NCBI GenBank assembly: GCA_003971905.1
Contig: RSEE01000052.1
Span: 186,001-250,000 of the forward strand
Direction: 5' to 3'
Length of the DNA stretch: 64,000 nucleotides
Source: Moniliella sp. 'wahieum'
Taxonomy: Eukaryota
Both the position numbers and the translations under genes were made by a program. The notes below the pieces were generated by a model. That model ran no database searches. It had not been told where the DNA came from and was given only the letters and a program-made list of their open reading frames with translations. Positions 62,343-64,000 of the stretch are shown here, piece by piece; the first letter of the stretch is position 1; every line of letters starts with the position of its first letter.

Positions 62343-63840
62343 TCATGCCAGCTCCAGGCCCGCTGCGGCCCAGGTCTCGAGCACCGACTCGCGCAGCCGT
62401 TGCAAGCCCTTCTCCACCAGGTCGAGGGGCACAATGGAAAAGGAGATGCGCACATGTGCGCTCGGGTCCTCCACGCCCGGGGTAAATGCGTAGCCTGGGA
62501 CGGCCAAGACACCCTTATCGCGAGCCACTTTTTCAATCAAAATTTTGGAGTCGCCAATCTTGCTGGCAGGGGTAGGGGGCAGACGCAGTTTAAGGAAGTA
62601 GAACATGCCAGCCGAGGGCACAACCCAAGTGGCCACAGACACTTGCTTTCCATCGCCGCCACTGCCCAGCACCTTCTCCAACGCCGCCTCGACAAAGTTG
62701 CGTCGCTCGAGATAAAAGTGGGCAACCTTGTCGCAATGAACAAGGAAGGTATCGAACCCCCAGTGCTGTAGGATGGTTTGGACAACGGCCTGCGCCGTGT
62801 ACGACGGCTGGAGTTGGTAGGTGCCGGTAACGAGCTCCATCGCCTTGATCAAAGGTGCAGGGCCGGTAGCGACGCCGATACGCATGCCTGCAGCCATGAT
62901 CTTACTAAAGGAGTCAAAGCGCAACACGCGCCCATCCCCCCAGGTCGTGACCTGTTCTTGTTCAAGGGCAAGGTAACTCTTCGGGCGCGGGCGGACGAGT
63001 CTTGCCCCAAGCCGTCAAAGGAGAGGAAATAGTACGGATCGTCCTCCAAAAGGAGCAGTCCAAACTCGCGGGTAATGGACAAGATCTCCCGCCTACGCTC
63101 CTCGTCCGCCGTGGCACCACTGGGATTGCCGCCAGTGGGAATGGTGTAGAGCACCTTGGGGAAGCGCATCCCTTTCGACTTGGGGTGACTGTTCCACTGC
63201 TCCAATGTGGTGCGAAGCGCGCGGGGCTCCAGCCTCGGGCATCAGTGGGGACGCTATACAACTGGTTACCCAACAGTGCCGCGGCGCCCGTAGCCTCACT
63301 GAAGATAGACATTAGCTGTGGGTAAACTGATACAGGGAAAGCACATACGGGAACGTAGGACCTTCCACGAGCAGCGTGTCGCCCGGATCGGTGAGGACAA
63401 TCATCACTTTGCAAATCAAGTCTTGGGAACCGTTGCCTGTCATGGTGGCCCAAGGCGTGTGGACGCCGGGGTTGTGCGGGTCAAAGTCAGGCTTGGCATG
63501 GAGTTTCTTCTGGTATCCATGCAGGGTTTTGACGAGCGAAGGCAAGCCGGCCGACATGCCGTACTGCAGGCTGCTTTCTAGGTCCTCAGGGAAACGCGCA
63601 ACTTGTCCGGGACGCCGGTGTGTGGGTTGGTGACGTCGACGCACATGCCGCGCACGGAAAGGCGCCCGGGTTGGGCTTGCCGGCCAAGAAGGAAACCATG
63701 CCGGGCACCTGCTCGTAGGGGAACAGACCGCGGATCGCAGGCGAGGGCCATGCGTTGAGCACCGCACTCATCCACGTGCTGGCATAGTCGACATGGGGGG
63801 AGGGGGTGGTGTGGGGAGGAGCACTGTGTGCGACGGGCAT
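62343..63840 (-). CDS. PLP-dependent class I aminotransferase (ARO8 / 2-aminoadipate / kynurenine type), frameshifted
   Basis: SPAIRGLFP, SFLAGKPNP, LQYG, GNGSQD, YTIPTGGNPSG, LLEDDPYYFL, RFDSFSKIMAAGMRIG (PLP lysine), GMF. Confidence 0.92.
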
Positions 63841-64000
63841 AGTAATGGAGTGGATGGACTGGTGGTGGGGCCTGAGGGTCTGAGCGGGGAGCGGCTCTCG
63901 GCCAATAATATGGCAGCAACCCGAGTCACACGGTGACATGCTGACTAGTGACTGGCAGCGGACATTGATAAGTGGACAACACCCCCGTCTTTCTCCACTC

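Noticed and set aside
1..64000. Calling the frameshifted host genes pseudogenes or programmed frameshifts
   Set aside because: Indels hit nearly all genes, including highly conserved ones, while catalytic motifs stay intact; sequencing error is simpler.

Overview
Eukaryotic fungal genomic DNA, most likely a basidiomycete: GC-rich, gene-dense, short GT..AG introns with CTRAC branch points. Nearly every host gene carries 1-bp frameshifts, most simply explained by an unpolished long-read assembly, so CDS ends are approximate. About 20 recognisable genes: NGL/CCR4-family nuclease, succinyl-CoA ligase alpha, ATP15, TMEM256/DUF423, SNF4, TRS31, PAC4-like, tubulin-tyrosine ligase family, a divergent SUN-domain protein, amino-acid permease, MATH-BTB, TLC-domain, HSF, FET4, C2H2 protein, DedA/TVP38, GH5 EGCrP-like, COQ7, Zn2Cys6 factor, pirin and an ARO8-like aminotransferase. 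There is also an intron-containing tRNA-Ala(TGC). Three things stand out. (1) A complete, young Ty1/Copia element (identical 211-bp LTRs, AGTGA target duplication) whose gag and pol are in frame and separated by a single TAG, with a non-Met primer site that looks like an anticodon arm; this makes it a candidate stop-codon-readthrough retrotransposon. (2) Three 5'-truncated copies of a CRE-like non-LTR element with a restriction-like endonuclease and a shared 3' end. (3) A family of intergenic 7-bp tandem repeats with different sequences but one grammar (6-bp A..T palindrome + 1 nt); one such array appears to have been gained de novo inside a decaying transposon copy. All family assignments come from motif recognition by eye; no database searches were run.
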